Part shown: in pieces, positions 49,301 to 61,100 of the stretch
Layout of the letters: each line of letters starts with the position of its first letter
Numbering within the stretch: position 1 is the first letter of the stretch
NCBI RefSeq assembly: GCF_000150275.1
Contig: NW_002060947.1
Coordinates: forward strand, 1,481,199 to 1,545,198
DNA: 64,000 bases
Source: Trichoplax adhaerens
Lineage: Eukaryota; Animalia; Placozoa
Direction: 5' to 3'
Position numbers and translations under genes: made by a program
The notes under the pieces: generated by a model
What the model was told of the DNA's origin: nothing
Database searches by the model: none
The model's input: the letters and a program-made list of their open reading frames with translations, nothing else

Positions 49301-52300
49301 GCTGCTGATTTATAAAGATTTCGGGATTCTGAATATTTAGTAAAGTAAAATTGTATTTTTTCTCGGGAGTAACTATATACTGATATCGACAGATCTGAAT
49401 CATATTCCAAAAATAAATTTGTTGCCTTCTCATCGATTAAGACATATGATTGCAGCCATTGCTCACTTTCTTTCGGATAACATATCAGTGCTGCAGTTGT
49501 ATCAGTTATATTAACTCCTGATATCTTTTAATTTATGATCAAGTTTTCTTTAGTAATGCATATATTCATTAACTAATAATATCTATGGTGTCAAATCAAT
49601 CATAAAATACAATATTATTCGCTACTATAACTTAAATCCAAATTTCAAATAAATTAAAAGTAATGAAGTTATTACAATACGGAACGTAACCACGTTCAGA
49701 CAAGTTCCTGAGTTAATGAATTTATGATAAGAAAATAGCAACAAGCTTTAATTTTGCTTACTTTTTATCATGATTAAAATAAACTCAGCCAATCATCGTT
49801 TTCAATCAATTTACGGATTTGAGTAGCGTTTTTTATCATATTGATTACTTTAACTATGATATGATATTGAAAGGATAATAAGCTTCCTAGTATAAACTTA
49901 ATGCGCAATTTTAGGTCCCATCGAAAACTAAGCTACAAAAATACTTTTATCTACCTGTGCATAATTTTTAATTTTTAGAAAGTTTTAAACTTCAACTCCT
50001 TTTAGATATCGAACTATATCTATAGCGATTCTCGAATTATTACCATTTTTGATAGATTCACGTAAATTTTTTTCCACATATATTAATTTTCAGGAATTTG
50101 TAGTATAATAATGAAGTCACACTAAATCTATTCTATTTGATGATTTACATATTTTTCGATATATCTTAAAAGATTTGAGCGTAGAAATTGAGACACTTTA
50201 GTGATTCAGATATTTATAAATATTTTAATAAGGTTCGCGCGTAAAAAATCGAAAGTATTTGACGATTTGAATATCTTCAGACACTGTATTTTAAATGATT
50301 TATGCATGGAAATAGAAACTATTTAACAATTTAGATATTTTTCGATATTAAATAGTTTGTGTGTAGATTCAGCAACTTAATGATATCTATAGCCTATGTT
50401 TGATTTAATAACATTGTTATGTTCTTATGATAGCAAAGAATTACGGGAATGACAGGCCCTATCTACTTTGATAAAGAAAATAAACGGCAACGTTTTCAAT
50501 TTTTGTTTGGAACAGAATCATTAAATGATGGTAAAGTGACGATTGTAAGTCAGCACCAAGATTTTGATGGCAGGAATATTATTTTAAAGTAAATCTCTAG
50601 TCATCGATGATTTGAGTTATTACCTATTTAGTGAGTATTTAATGATTGCCATAATCACTTTAACTTGCCTAGACTCTATTTATAGAAAGATGGAAAGTAA
50701 TTGATTTATGTTCTCCATGCCGGTGTTATATATAATTTAGAAAGTTTATAAGCAAATTTACCATTTCATTCTTGCAGTTGGCTACAATAAATTCAAGCGA
50801 TTACCAAATGCAATGGAAAAGCGAGGCACTACAAAAAACTCTCATCGTTACCACATTGTTGGTAAGTCGTTGCTCAACGATATCGATGATCAAGAATGTC
50901 TCTGGCACTAGCATTTCTTTGTATTAATACTATTTACAATTAATATTTTAGTCTAAACCATTTGTCATGAAAAATCCAAAGGCCACAAATGAAGATAATT
51001 TATATCATGGATTTTGTATCGATTTACTGAAGGAAATTGCCCGTCGTTTAGATTTTAAATATGTTATCCATGTAGAGAGTGACATGATATACGGTGCTAA
51101 GAAGAATGGTACCTGGAATGGCCTGATCGGTGAATTAGTAGAAAAGGTATATGATATGGAAGGATAATTAATTTAATAAAGGCCCTGCTGTAATGAATTT
51201 CTACATTGAATATAAATTATTATTTTCTATTGATTGAATACTTAAAAATCTTATATCACTTTATTCGTACTAACTCAACCCTAGAAAGCAGATTTGGCCT
51301 TCGCTGATTTAACTATTACAGCTGAACGTGAAGAAGTGGTGGAATTTACAAAACCTTATTTAAATATGGACGCCACAGCGTTATTGAAGAAAAAAAACAT
51401 TGACGAAGTCAATCGTGTATTTGCTTTTACTAGACCTTTCTCGATGAATGTTTGGATCTCGATCATCATCTCAGCCTTTATCGTTGCTCTTTACTTATGG
51501 CTCATTGGCCGATTTAGTCCTTACGATTGGTATTTTGATCCACCTCCAAGTAGTACTGGAGATGAATCGAATTTTTCCAATAGTTTGTGGTTTGTTGTAG
51601 GTGCTTTTATGCAACAAGGTACTGAAAATACACCTCGTTCTATGTCATGCCGCACTATTGGTTTCTTTTGGTGGCTATTTGTGCTGGTTATTATCTCTAG
51701 TTATACTGCCAACTTGGCTGCATTTATGACACATAGTCAGATTACGACTGAAATTCAAACTTTAAAAGAATTAGCTCATTCTTCCATTACTTACGGCACT
51801 GTCCGTGATAGTCAATTGCATGAATATTTTAAATATGCAGAATTGCATACCTACGAAGATATGTGGCTTAAAATGAAAGCAAATCTAAGTAATGCTTTAG
51901 TTGAGACATCGATCGAAGGTGTGGAAAAAGTGCAAAATAGCACTTACCCGTATGGTTTTATTTGGGATACGCCATATTTAGAATATATTGTCAATCATAA
52001 GGATTGCAATCTCTTCTATTTGCGTGAAACTTTCGATTCTAAAGGCTACGGAATTGCATTGCAATCTGGCTCTATTTGGTATCAAGCTATTTCATCTCAG
52101 GTATTAAAATTAGCTGAAGAGGGCTTTATACAAGAACGCTATGATTTTTGGTGGCGAAATGGGATCAAATGTAAGCCAGCCGATTCCTTAGCTACGGCTG
52201 GCAGTGACAATAGTGAAAATGGCCGTCTGACATGGCTTGATGCATCGGGAACATTTTATCTCCTTATAATTGGCGTGGTGGTTTCCCTACTAGTTTTACT

Positions 52301-52352
52301 GGCTGAATTATTCTGGGACAGAAAAGGAAAATATCAAGCTCGGCTCTTAGCG
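46381..52352 (+). CDS. Ionotropic glutamate receptor family subunit (non-NMDA, AMPA/kainate/delta-like pore); signal peptide + ATD + LBD + M1-M4; 3' terminal exon uncertain
   Basis: Signal peptide at 46381; ATD exons (GAVAIFGP, GMTGPIYFD); S1 YHGFCIDLL...WNGLIGELV, DLTITAERE; pore AFMQQG; M3 SSYTANLAAF; DSKGYGIA; M4. The large exon 51285-52352 is preceded by a TACTAAC branch point and followed by GTAAGT. Confidence 0.95.
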
Positions 52353-52749
52353 GTAAGTTCAACTTACCCAATGCAGCAGTGATCAATATGTTTAATTGGC
52401 TTAGTACAGGACTTAATCGCTATCATGGCGGTTTATTCCGATATACAGATCTAATCGAACTAATTCATAGCCAAATCCCCTTTTGGCCACATTCACTTCC
52501 ATGTTTTATTCGCGTTAATTCATTTACCAAACTGTAGACAGACATCAACTCTTTCTTGACAGAATCTTGACATACTTGTAATAGCACTGATCGATTCTTT
52601 GCCGGAGGTTTTGACGTAGTAGAGTGATGAAGAAGAAATCATTGACATGTTGTCTTGTAATAAGGAATAAAAATCTCATTAAATCTATCCAGTACAAATA
52701 GATTCATTTTTCGAAGAAATCTTGTCAGATACCTTGGATGGCTCTCTAA

Positions 52750-53500
52750 TAATAACCTGTCTCATTCAGGTTGGCTCATTCAAAGTGACTAAATTCTTTA
52801 GATGAATTTCCTAGCAGACGCCATAAAATTTTATGCGATAAATTATTTTGTAATTTGTTCTTAAAAATCTAGTCTTGATAATACTAAATAAGAAATTAGT
52901 TAAGACGGAGTCAAATAAAAGTTTTATGGCTTTTCTAAGAAACTTTGCCAGCTATACGTTGACTGTCTTTGTTCTTATTAATGGCCTAAAAAAATCCCGG
53001 AGAGAAACTATTTTATAGTCTAATTAACAAATTAAAAAAAATCATCATAATATTGATTACAGAATAAGAAATCGGTTAAAAGGATGAATTAAGAGCTTGA
53101 TGGCATTCCAAGAAATCCTACCATGTAGAAGTTGATTGCCTTAATTGCCATTAGTGGCCCAAAAAATTCTTTGAGAAATAAGATTGTTGTTCATTCTTTA
53201 AAAATTCTAATTTTAATTATACTAAATTTCGCTAAATATAAAGCTAGTTAAAGATGGATGCAAGTAAGAGTAATTTGGCTTTCTAAGAAACCTTATCATC
53301 TTTATGTTGACTACCATCATTCTTATTAGTCACCTAAAAATTTGTTTGAGAGAAATTATTTTATAGTCTAGTAAGTAAATCCTTTTTAAAAAATCATTAC
53401 AATGCTAAATATTACAGAATAGGAAACTGGTTAAAAGGATGAAGTCAAATAAGGTTTATATGACTTTGTTAGAAATTTTTTCGTTTAGAAGTTGAATGTC
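52750..53500. repeat. Degenerate tandem array (~180 bp monomer, ~365 bp dimer)
   Basis: 'ggcttttctaagaaac', 'gagagaaa.tattttatagtcta' and 'attacagaata.gaaa..ggttaaaaggatgaa' recur at ~360-370 bp spacing. Confidence 0.7.
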
Positions 53501-53544
53501 ATAGTTTTCATTTATGCTAGGGTTGGGTTGAGCTTTAGCAGTAC

Positions 53545-54150
53545 AAAACAGGTATAGGTCTCTCTCCATATATCTATTCGGTAAATAATGTAAAGTTAAG
53601 AAGAAATGGAAGATTTTCTCCTATTATTTCGTGATATTTTATGATCCTAAGCTTTAGACGTGAAAAGCGAGTAGAAGCCTTAAGCATTCATCTATAAATA
53701 ATGTAAAGTTGACAAGAAATGAAAGATCTTATCACGTTTTTTTGCCATATTTTATTACAGTAAAGCTCTAAAAGTAAAACAACGAATATAGGCCTTCCTT
53801 CACCTACAAATAATACGAAGTTAGCTAGAAATGGAAGACTCTGTCAAATTACTTTTCAGATCGTATTTTATAGCAGTAAAGTTTTAGAAATAAAAGACCA
53901 GTATAGGCCTTCCTCCGTATATCTGTAATGCGACATTAACAAGAAATGAAAGATCTTATTATATTATTATTTTGAGGTATTTTATAACAGTAAAGCCTTA
54001 GAAAAAAAGCAAGAATAGCTCTTCTATATATCCATTTGGTAATGATGTGAAGTTAATAAGGAAATGGAAAATCCTGTCATATTATTTTTTAAGATAATTT
54101 ATAACAGCAAAACTTTAGTAGAAGTAAATAGCGAGTAAATGCCTTGCCCG
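53545..54150. repeat. Degenerate tandem array, ~5 x ~120 bp
   Basis: 'taatgtaaagtt...agaaatggaagat...atattttat.acagtaaag' recurs near 53586, 53699, 53810, 53926 and 54040. Confidence 0.8.
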
Positions 54151-54364
54151 ATACATGCGTTAATGTCACATAAGTGGAGCTCAGTAATGCGCCTTGAAAC
54201 AGCAAATTAAACTATAATGGTTTTACTTAGTAGGACTCACTAATGCGTCATGAAATAGTAAGATTGACTAGAATGGTTTTTTCGAGCAAAGCCGAAGTTA
54301 GGAAAGTATATTTGAACAGTAATAGATAAACTATAAAGTTTGATTTATTCGTTAGTAGAACATA

Positions 54365-54580
54365 TCACATCGAGTTGTAAATGATGTAGAAAATACCGTT
54401 GCTGCTATAGTGGTCATTTAACGATAGCCAGTTTTCAGATGTAGCATCCCAGACGGGTTATAAAAGACGTAGAAAATATCGACGCTGCTAGAGCTATCAT
54501 TCAAAGATAGCCGCTTTACAGATATAGTATTCAAAGTCGAGTTCGAAAAGATTCAGGAAATATTAGTATCACTATAGCTT
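54365..54580. repeat. Degenerate ~85-90 bp tandem repeat (2-3 copies)
   Basis: 'gtagaaaata.cg..gctgcta...gatagcc...cagat.tag' occurs twice, plus a partial third copy. Confidence 0.6.
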
Positions 54581-56719
54581 AGAATCCAGAATAACTTTTC
54601 CCCTCGTATTACCAGCACGTCTACTTTACTGGTAAATTAACTAACAATTCAAGAAAATATGGATAATATTGCACCATTTCAAGCTATCTTAGTCAAATAT
54701 ACTGTCTAAATCAATAATTAATTAATGGATGGCTTTGGCAGCTTGCATTCTTTTCATCATTATCAAACAATAACGGAGTGATCTTATTCACGATATCTAT
54801 TAAAGTGAATTATTTGATGTTATGAAGAATGCGCTTGGCAACAACTTGTTCGTGACGACAAGATATATTGGAATAAGGCTACGATAGGGGAAATATTAGA
54901 AAGTTAACAGATATGTATCGATATAAGTACCAGCTTTACTGGTCAATTTCATATTTTTCTACTACTTCTGTAGCCATGATGTTGAGTGCAAAATCAAAAT
55001 GCTATAAGTGTAAAAAAATCGATTAATACTAGCATATGATACGTAATCATGTTCAACCGAGTTTTACCCTATCCATTTTTAAATTAGTTATAATGGATAA
55101 AATCAGTAATACTAGCCAGACACTCTTATTCACAATGACATCCGCGCGTATGTGCATAGTTAACTAAAAAATAGGCTGTATTTTGACTCGATTATTTCTT
55201 AACCGAGAAGGAAAAAGCATTATTCATATCATACGCGTACCTTGATCCACTTTGAAATTTTTCAGCCTATATCATCTAACTTACACCAAACCATCGACTG
55301 ACATGTGCAGATAGGAGTGTAGGAAATTTCGCCATTTTATCGGTATATTTCTTCAAGATGCTACTAGCCAACATTATAAAACTCGCTCCATATAAGAGTG
55401 TCAGCAATGCCGTCAGAAATCATTTTACTCTGCCTATTTAATGAACGAGCTAGATTAGACTATGCTTTACTAATTCGTTGATTTTCTTACTATTAAATGT
55501 GTCAAAACCTTCGTCATTCAGTTACTTACCGTGATCTACCTTTTCAAATTTATAATATGATATAAGCATATGGAATAGAGAATAAAGATAAAAAAGTAGA
55601 CACGCTACAAACAGGATGAATTGAGGAAAACAGTATCCTCTCTTTAATATAATCAATAGTTCATTAGTAAGGTCATTTTATCAAGAATGGATAAATGTAG
55701 CATGAAATTATCAAGCCAGACACGATAGTCCATGAGAACTAATTTAAGTTTTGCATATCATGGCTTCATTTTGTAAACTCTTCGATCACCATGGCCGTTA
55801 TGATTTAGGACAAAACAAAGCCCTCTTTCATTACAGTATTATTTACCTATCTTTGCTAGTGAGAGCAAGATGAATTAGGAAGCGCCTAAATGGGATTATT
55901 TCAGGATGTATGCCTTATAATAGCCGAGATGGACTTGGTTAATTCCTTTTATGTCAACGTTATATTTAATTAGAGTAAGATATTACATTTTGATACCTTC
56001 AATATTCATTTACGTATTAATAATAATTGAAAAAAGTAAAGAGTTGGTATTTGATTTTGCAATTACCTATCAAGAAGATTGAAAACAAAGGGTTCTTTGA
56101 TAAATTATCTCCATCGGCCATTTGATATGCCGTGATAATATGCAATGAAATGGTTCAATACTATAAATTGATGAATGATATGGCGACAGACTGTTTAAAT
56201 ATATTTATGGAGTGATCGTATCAAAGGTAGCTTTGTTTTCAGTCCTCATGGTTCGTTATTAGTTTTATTTGCTAATCATAAACGTTTTCGTTAGCTATAG
56301 TTATTTGAAAAACACCCAGCTATTCTATTACTAGCAAATACCTCGTATTTATAAGCATAATACCGTGTAATTAGAACTGCAGTGCAAGGATACGTTAGTA
56401 ATATGGAAAAATTTGATATTTCTAACAAATTAATAGTTACTAACATTGAAGAGGTTGATTCAATTCAGCAGCTATTGCGTAAAGTAATCGAAATGAGAAA
56501 TATTAATCATGATTTTCGTTTATCAATTAGAGTTCAATTCAGTACATATTGTAACACATAATGTAGATTTGAAGCATTTTTGCCAAACTGTTAGCCATTC
56601 TGTTGTAGTAAGCTTGTCTTTGAACTTTAATAGATTATCAGACTTTATGCTTAGGATGATGGCATGCTGCTTAACCGAAATATTCAGATCGTTGTGTATA
56701 GTAAAAATTTAACATTTAT

Positions 56720-58120
56720 TTAGGCTTTATATCCTATTCAAAGTAATGTCAACGATCAACCATCAATGCCTTATTGAGAACATTGAGATCCGATATGAAT
56801 ACAGATAAACCCAGTTATGTATGATGCACACCATTATTCACACTTATGACAATATTTTATCGCATAGTCTTACTATAAATAATAATAAACTAAAAGTTGA
56901 TAAATTACATTTTAGCAACTAATGTAGAATATTAAGGCCAGTTATGAATATAGATCAACGTAGTTTATGTACGATGGGCACCATAATTCACAATTGTGAC
57001 AATATTTCATTGCCTAGTCTTTAATATAACCCATAATTAGAATAAATTAAAATCGCAAAATTACGTTTATATAGACTTTATATTTTATTGCAACTAATGT
57101 GAAACTATTAAGGCCTCATCGAGGACATTGAGGCCTGATATAAAAGCAGATCAAGCTAGGTTATTTACGGTGGACACCAATATTCACACTTGTGACAATA
57201 TTTTTATTGCAAAGTCTGTACGATTACTAATAATTGCACTAATTGTAGGATTAAATTTATACTGACTTGATATCCTTTTGCAACTAATGTAAAACTATTA
57301 ACCATCAAGGCCTCATCAAGAAAATTGAGGCTAGTTATGAATGCAGATAAACTCAGCAATGTATTGTGGACAATGCTTTATCGCATAGTCTTACTATAAC
57401 TAAAAATGAATTGAAAGTTACAGAATTACATTTTAGCAACTATGGTAAACTATCAACTACATGACATCATCGAGAGCATTAAGGATAGTTAAAAATAACG
57501 ATAAACGCAATTTACATATAGTAGGCACCATAATTTTCACTTATGATAAAATTTCATCGCATAGTCTTTTCTATTACCGCTAATTATAATTAATCGATTA
57601 AAATTGTAGAATTATGTTTACGCAAGCTTTATACCCTATTACAATTAATGTAAAACTGTCAAACACCAAGACTCCATCAAAAATATCGAGGCTAGTTATA
57701 AATGCAGATCAACCCAGTTTACTGCATGTATGGTGGACATCATCATTCGCACTTATGACAATATTTTATCTTATAGCCCTACTAAAAACCAATAATTTTA
57801 TTTATAATACAGACTAAGTCAGTTTGTGTATAGTGGACTCCAGAATTCACACTTGTGACAATAGTTTACTGCATAATCTTTATATACCAAGTTATAAATT
57901 AAAACAGCAGAATTACATTTATGCAGACTTCAAACCCGATTATAACTGATGTAAAGCTATCAACCATCTAGGCCTTATCGAGAAGATTGAGGACAATTCA
58001 ATACAGATAAACCCTGTTTGTACATTATGGATACCATAATTCACACTTGTAAGAACAGTAATACGTATTTTATAGCATAATCTTTACGATAACCTGAAAT
58101 GAATCAAAATTTCAGAATTG
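56720..58120. repeat. Degenerate tandem array, ~8 copies of a 140-200 bp unit
   Basis: 'cacca.aattcacactt.tgacaatatttta...gcatagtctt' near 56830, 56978, 57175, 57526, 57738, 57840 and 58033; 'gcaactaatgt' also recurs. Confidence 0.8.
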
Positions 58121-61100
58121 GTAATATAATGAAAAACTACAAACAGCAAGTCTTAAATTAGTCCATAGATTATTTATTGATTGATTTTATAAGTGTCCTT
58201 ATAGAGTTCTAACTGCAACAGAATTAAAGTTTACCCTTAAGTTTAAGTGTCCTATCGGAGTGTTTCAAGCATTTTGATATGATCTACCTTTTACAAGGTA
58301 GTAAAAATGAAAATGATAATTAGAGAACGTGACTTTATATTATGAAAATCTCATTAAAGTTTAGGCCATACGTATAAACTACTTCTGTATATATTTATGT
58401 CCTATATACTATAGATGTAATGAGGAATATTGCTATGATAGCATTAATGTCATTTGGTATGACGTTTAAGTTGCTAAATTCATATTAAATGGAGATTAAT
58501 ACCGAAGAGGAGCGAGAGCATTTTGATACTATAGGACAATAGAATTAAACTAAGTATACGAGTAATGGTACGCATTCAACAAGCGCTGCGTTTACATATC
58601 AGATCAATTTGTTTTGGAGGATTGTATATTTCGTTTCGATTAATGAGATAAAAATTAAGTTTTAAAGTAACTGTTCGTTAACTCATATCTTATTTGAAAT
58701 ATAGATTAGGCACACGGTTCATAAGAAAAGTCGAACATTGACAACAACTCTTCGTCGATTTGGCAACGATGCCGGCGATTAGCTGCCTATCTATTGCAAC
58801 TTGAACGTATATGGATGCAACTTTAGAGTTCATTTATTAAATTATGGAATTAGCTATAGCCGTAGAAAATTGTTTTAATGCTCTGTTATAAAAAATAATA
58901 ATAATATAGGTAATTGTACCATCATAATAAATGTTAAATAAATAACTGACAAAAATTAGCGAAGTTCTAACCATATTTAAGAGTTTGCAAGCGGTCCTTA
59001 TTATCCTTTTTCTTCATGCTACACTATTTACTGCTACTCTGAATAATACACTAGCATTATGCGAATTCAACAAAATTTAATCTAGTCTTTAACTTAGTCA
59101 TATTAATTGTGATATATGACATTTCTACCGTATTTTGTACTCATAACAAATACTCTTATCTCTAGAGCTCAAATTACTTAAGACGAACTCTTATTTTATA
59201 TTATTCTCAATCAGTGATGCTGTTTTGCTTTCAAGATACTTGCTAAGATACAGCTAACCTTTGTAATAAATCCAATGTTGTCTTGAAGATGCCTATGTTC
59301 ATTTCCCTTACTACCATGCATTTCAAATGATTCAGCCATGCGCACATATAAAACTAAAAACTAATATTTAAGAAATAAGGTGAAGTAAATATATGAGTCA
59401 TGATATTGTTGCTGAAATAGTTCACTTCACTAAATGCAATCATACCCTTTTGACCTCTGCTCTCTTTGTGCAAATATTTTTCATTAAATGATAATTTCTG
59501 TATTACATTTAAAGAGTGCTTGATCTCGTCCTATCTCTATCACTTTAAAATTCAATTTTTATTACCCTGATAAATATAGCTAAAATCAAAATAATTCTTG
59601 ATCTATGTAATACGATCATAACGTCTAAAATATCAAAATAACAATGTTGGCGAGTAAAGAGTGCAAATTATTGGATTATTATTTACGCTGTACAAAACCA
59701 AATTGAGACTATCTAGTTTATGAGTAGGTAATGATAATACAGTCTATATTTGGATCTATTAAACCATAGTAAATTAAACAATTTTTCTCACAGCATGAAT
59801 AGCATTCCAGGGAATGTCGGTGAGAGCACAATATGTTATTTACGATAATTTGCTATGTTTATGGCAATCACTATTTGCGTCATCGTTACCGACTGCCCCA
59901 CTACCAACTTTGGCATAGAAAAGTTTTTTAGCCATTAATATTATAATTTAATATTCTGCATATTAATAACTCAATTATTCTATTACTGAATAGCGTTACA
60001 GCGGTACAGTTCCACCTTAAAGGAAATAAATCATGAGATCAATTATAGAGATTACAAATTTCACAGGCATATTCAATGCTTTAATACTGGCTGACCTTCC
60101 TCGCTAGTCAATAGACTCAAAATAGCTAGGGAATTCTATTTAGCAAAGCCGATAGCATGTAAGACTTTGAACTCCGTAACTGGAATAATAATAGTTGTTG
60201 ATTTCTGATAACTTTCATACAGAATACAAATCGGAAGCGTAACTGTTCTTTCTACCAGTTTTTACCATATAGAAATTCTTCGTGAATACAGCAGAATAAT
60301 ATGGACAGAGTCAAATAGTTAATCATCTTGTTTACGAAATAGGTAATTAATTTGATTTTTTATTCATATTTACTATGACATAGTATAATACTGCAACTAC
60401 TTGTACTTGATAGACTATTCATATACTCTATAAACTCCATCCGTGGATATTTATGTATGAATGTATAGGCGAATAATGTGAGTACATCTTTATGCATTCT
60501 AAATATACATACGTAAATACATCAATATATATGCGTATCAATATATTTTTATAACTATATATCGGCACATCTTGGAAATTTGTTATTCAATTAAAAAAAA
60601 ATTTTTTATTTAGTGGTATAATCATCTAGTTGAAAAAGTAAACCTTGCTTCAGTCATGTCTGGTAATTAATAGGTGTTAATATTAGTTGAAGATACTACT
60701 TTTCCCATGATCCATTTTTCATTTGGCCGTTAACTAAATAACTCAGCGTAGTTTATTCAATACCATCACAAAAAAACAGTCCAACTGTCGATAGGGTGTT
60801 TATTACTCAAGGGATGTTTGTATTGTTAATTTTATTTATGATTAGATACCAAGTTATGCTGTATGGGGCCATCAAATGTTCGAATTGTTTTAATTTAAAG
60901 TTGTGTATCAAGATACCATTAAAGTTAGGGAACAAAGTTTACTAAAAATGGTGAAAATTGAATCTAAAGAATCATTTTGTAGTGATTGTAAACCTAAATA
61001 CTTCTAAGACATGTTATTCATATTGGAATAATTTTACCCTTCCTTCTAGCTAACGTAGCATACTTTATTGAATATTCATGTCGCACAAGAGTCTTATTGT

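Noticed and set aside
59794-60093. Possible micro-exon pair with good splice signals
   Set aside because: The phase is incompatible with the iGluR donor (stop at the third codon) and the peptide is unrecognisable.
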